Below the pieces are notes generated by a model. That model was not told where the DNA came from and did not search any database. It saw only the letters and a program-made list of their open reading frames with translations. From IMG/VR virus record IMGVR_UViG_3300035703_000005, positions 1 to 64,000 of that record: 64,000 nt of DNA. The stretch is one strand, 5' to 3'. The position numbers and the translations under genes were made by a program. Of the stretch, positions 63,517 through 64,000 are shown in pieces (positions within the stretch are counted from its first letter, which is position 1; each line of letters starts with the position of its first letter).

Positions 63517-64000
63517 TTATAAGTCAAGTCTTTTATTTTTCGATTGTATTCCATTCCAAACTTCTTGATCTAACCAATATTCATCAACATATTTAACATA
63601 TTTTTTATTGGGATCTTCGGTAATAAATTTGAAAATATCTGGATTATCATAATCAATAGGAAAATTTAAAATTTCACCAACCCATTTTAAATAATGTTGT
63701 TTATGTAAAAATAACGCTTCATTATCTAAAAAATGAATTTTAAACCCAGAAGGAATAAGAGTATTATAGTAATAATCTTGTGCAATTGGTGTTGTAATTT
63801 CTTTTCTAACTCTTAGTTGCTGTTGAGAATTAATATTAGAGTCTCTTACAATAATTGCAATTTGAACATTTATTCCAAAAGATTGGACTCGTTCTACAAA
63901 CTCTTTAATTTTTGGAACATATCTAACACCATCATAAAAAAATGGACAACTTACATTTGCTAACCAATGGTCGTATCCATCAAAATCTTTTTCTGTAACT
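63517..64000 (-). CDS. Hypothetical protein, 5' end outside the window
   Basis: Open frame ...VTEKDFDGYDHWLANVSCPFF... ending at TAA 63519-63517. Confidence 0.65.
   Translation of the reverse strand, partial: VTEKDFDGYDHWLANVSCPFFYDGVRYVPKIKEFVERVQSFGINVQIAIIVRDSNINSQQQLRVRKEITTPIAQDYYYNTLIPSGFKIHFLDNEALFLHKQHYLKWVGEILNFPIDYDNPDIFKFITEDPNKKYVKYVDEYWLDQEVWNGIQSKNKRLDL

Noticed and set aside
1-64000. Stop-codon reassignment
   Set aside because: Core genes are full length in the standard code, TAA, TAG and TGA all end genes, and no suppressor tRNA is present.

Overview
This 64 kb window is from a T4-like cyanophage (cyanomyovirus); no host chromosome, CRISPR array or integrase is visible. The call rests on T4 core genes (gp5, gp26, gp51, gp4, gp2, gp48, gp53, gp32, gp59, gp33, nrdC), cyanophage-typical auxiliary genes (cpeT, cp12, phoH, thyX, speD) and TATAAATA late promoters. 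Most genes are on the minus strand. Layout: 1-3.7 kb small early ORFs; 3.7-8.1 kb AT-rich island of sulfotransferase and hydroxylases behind a Gly-rich adhesin; 8.1-15 kb 2289-aa fibre protein with an S74 chaperone; 15-18.8 kb Mom-like gene, three tRNAs (Thr-UGU, Leu-UAA, Ile-UAU), cpeT and a paralog pair; 18.9-36 kb baseplate and tail module; 36-49 kb replication and nucleotide genes plus many small ORFs; 49-62.5 kb AT-rich biosynthetic island behind three paralogous fibre genes. The two strongest candidates for undescribed systems are (i) a guanidino-sugar-like pathway (amidinotransferase, DegT aminotransferase, sugar dehydrogenase and epimerase, three radical SAM enzymes, three glycosyltransferases, dioxygenases) co-oriented with fibre genes, and (ii) a compact nitrogen-sensing unit at 41549-41996 that the ORF track misses (NtcA-type box, sigma70 promoter, tandem glutamine-riboswitch-like RNA, DUF4278-like peptide, second peptide, terminator). 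Family assignments come from motif recognition only; no database searches were run.
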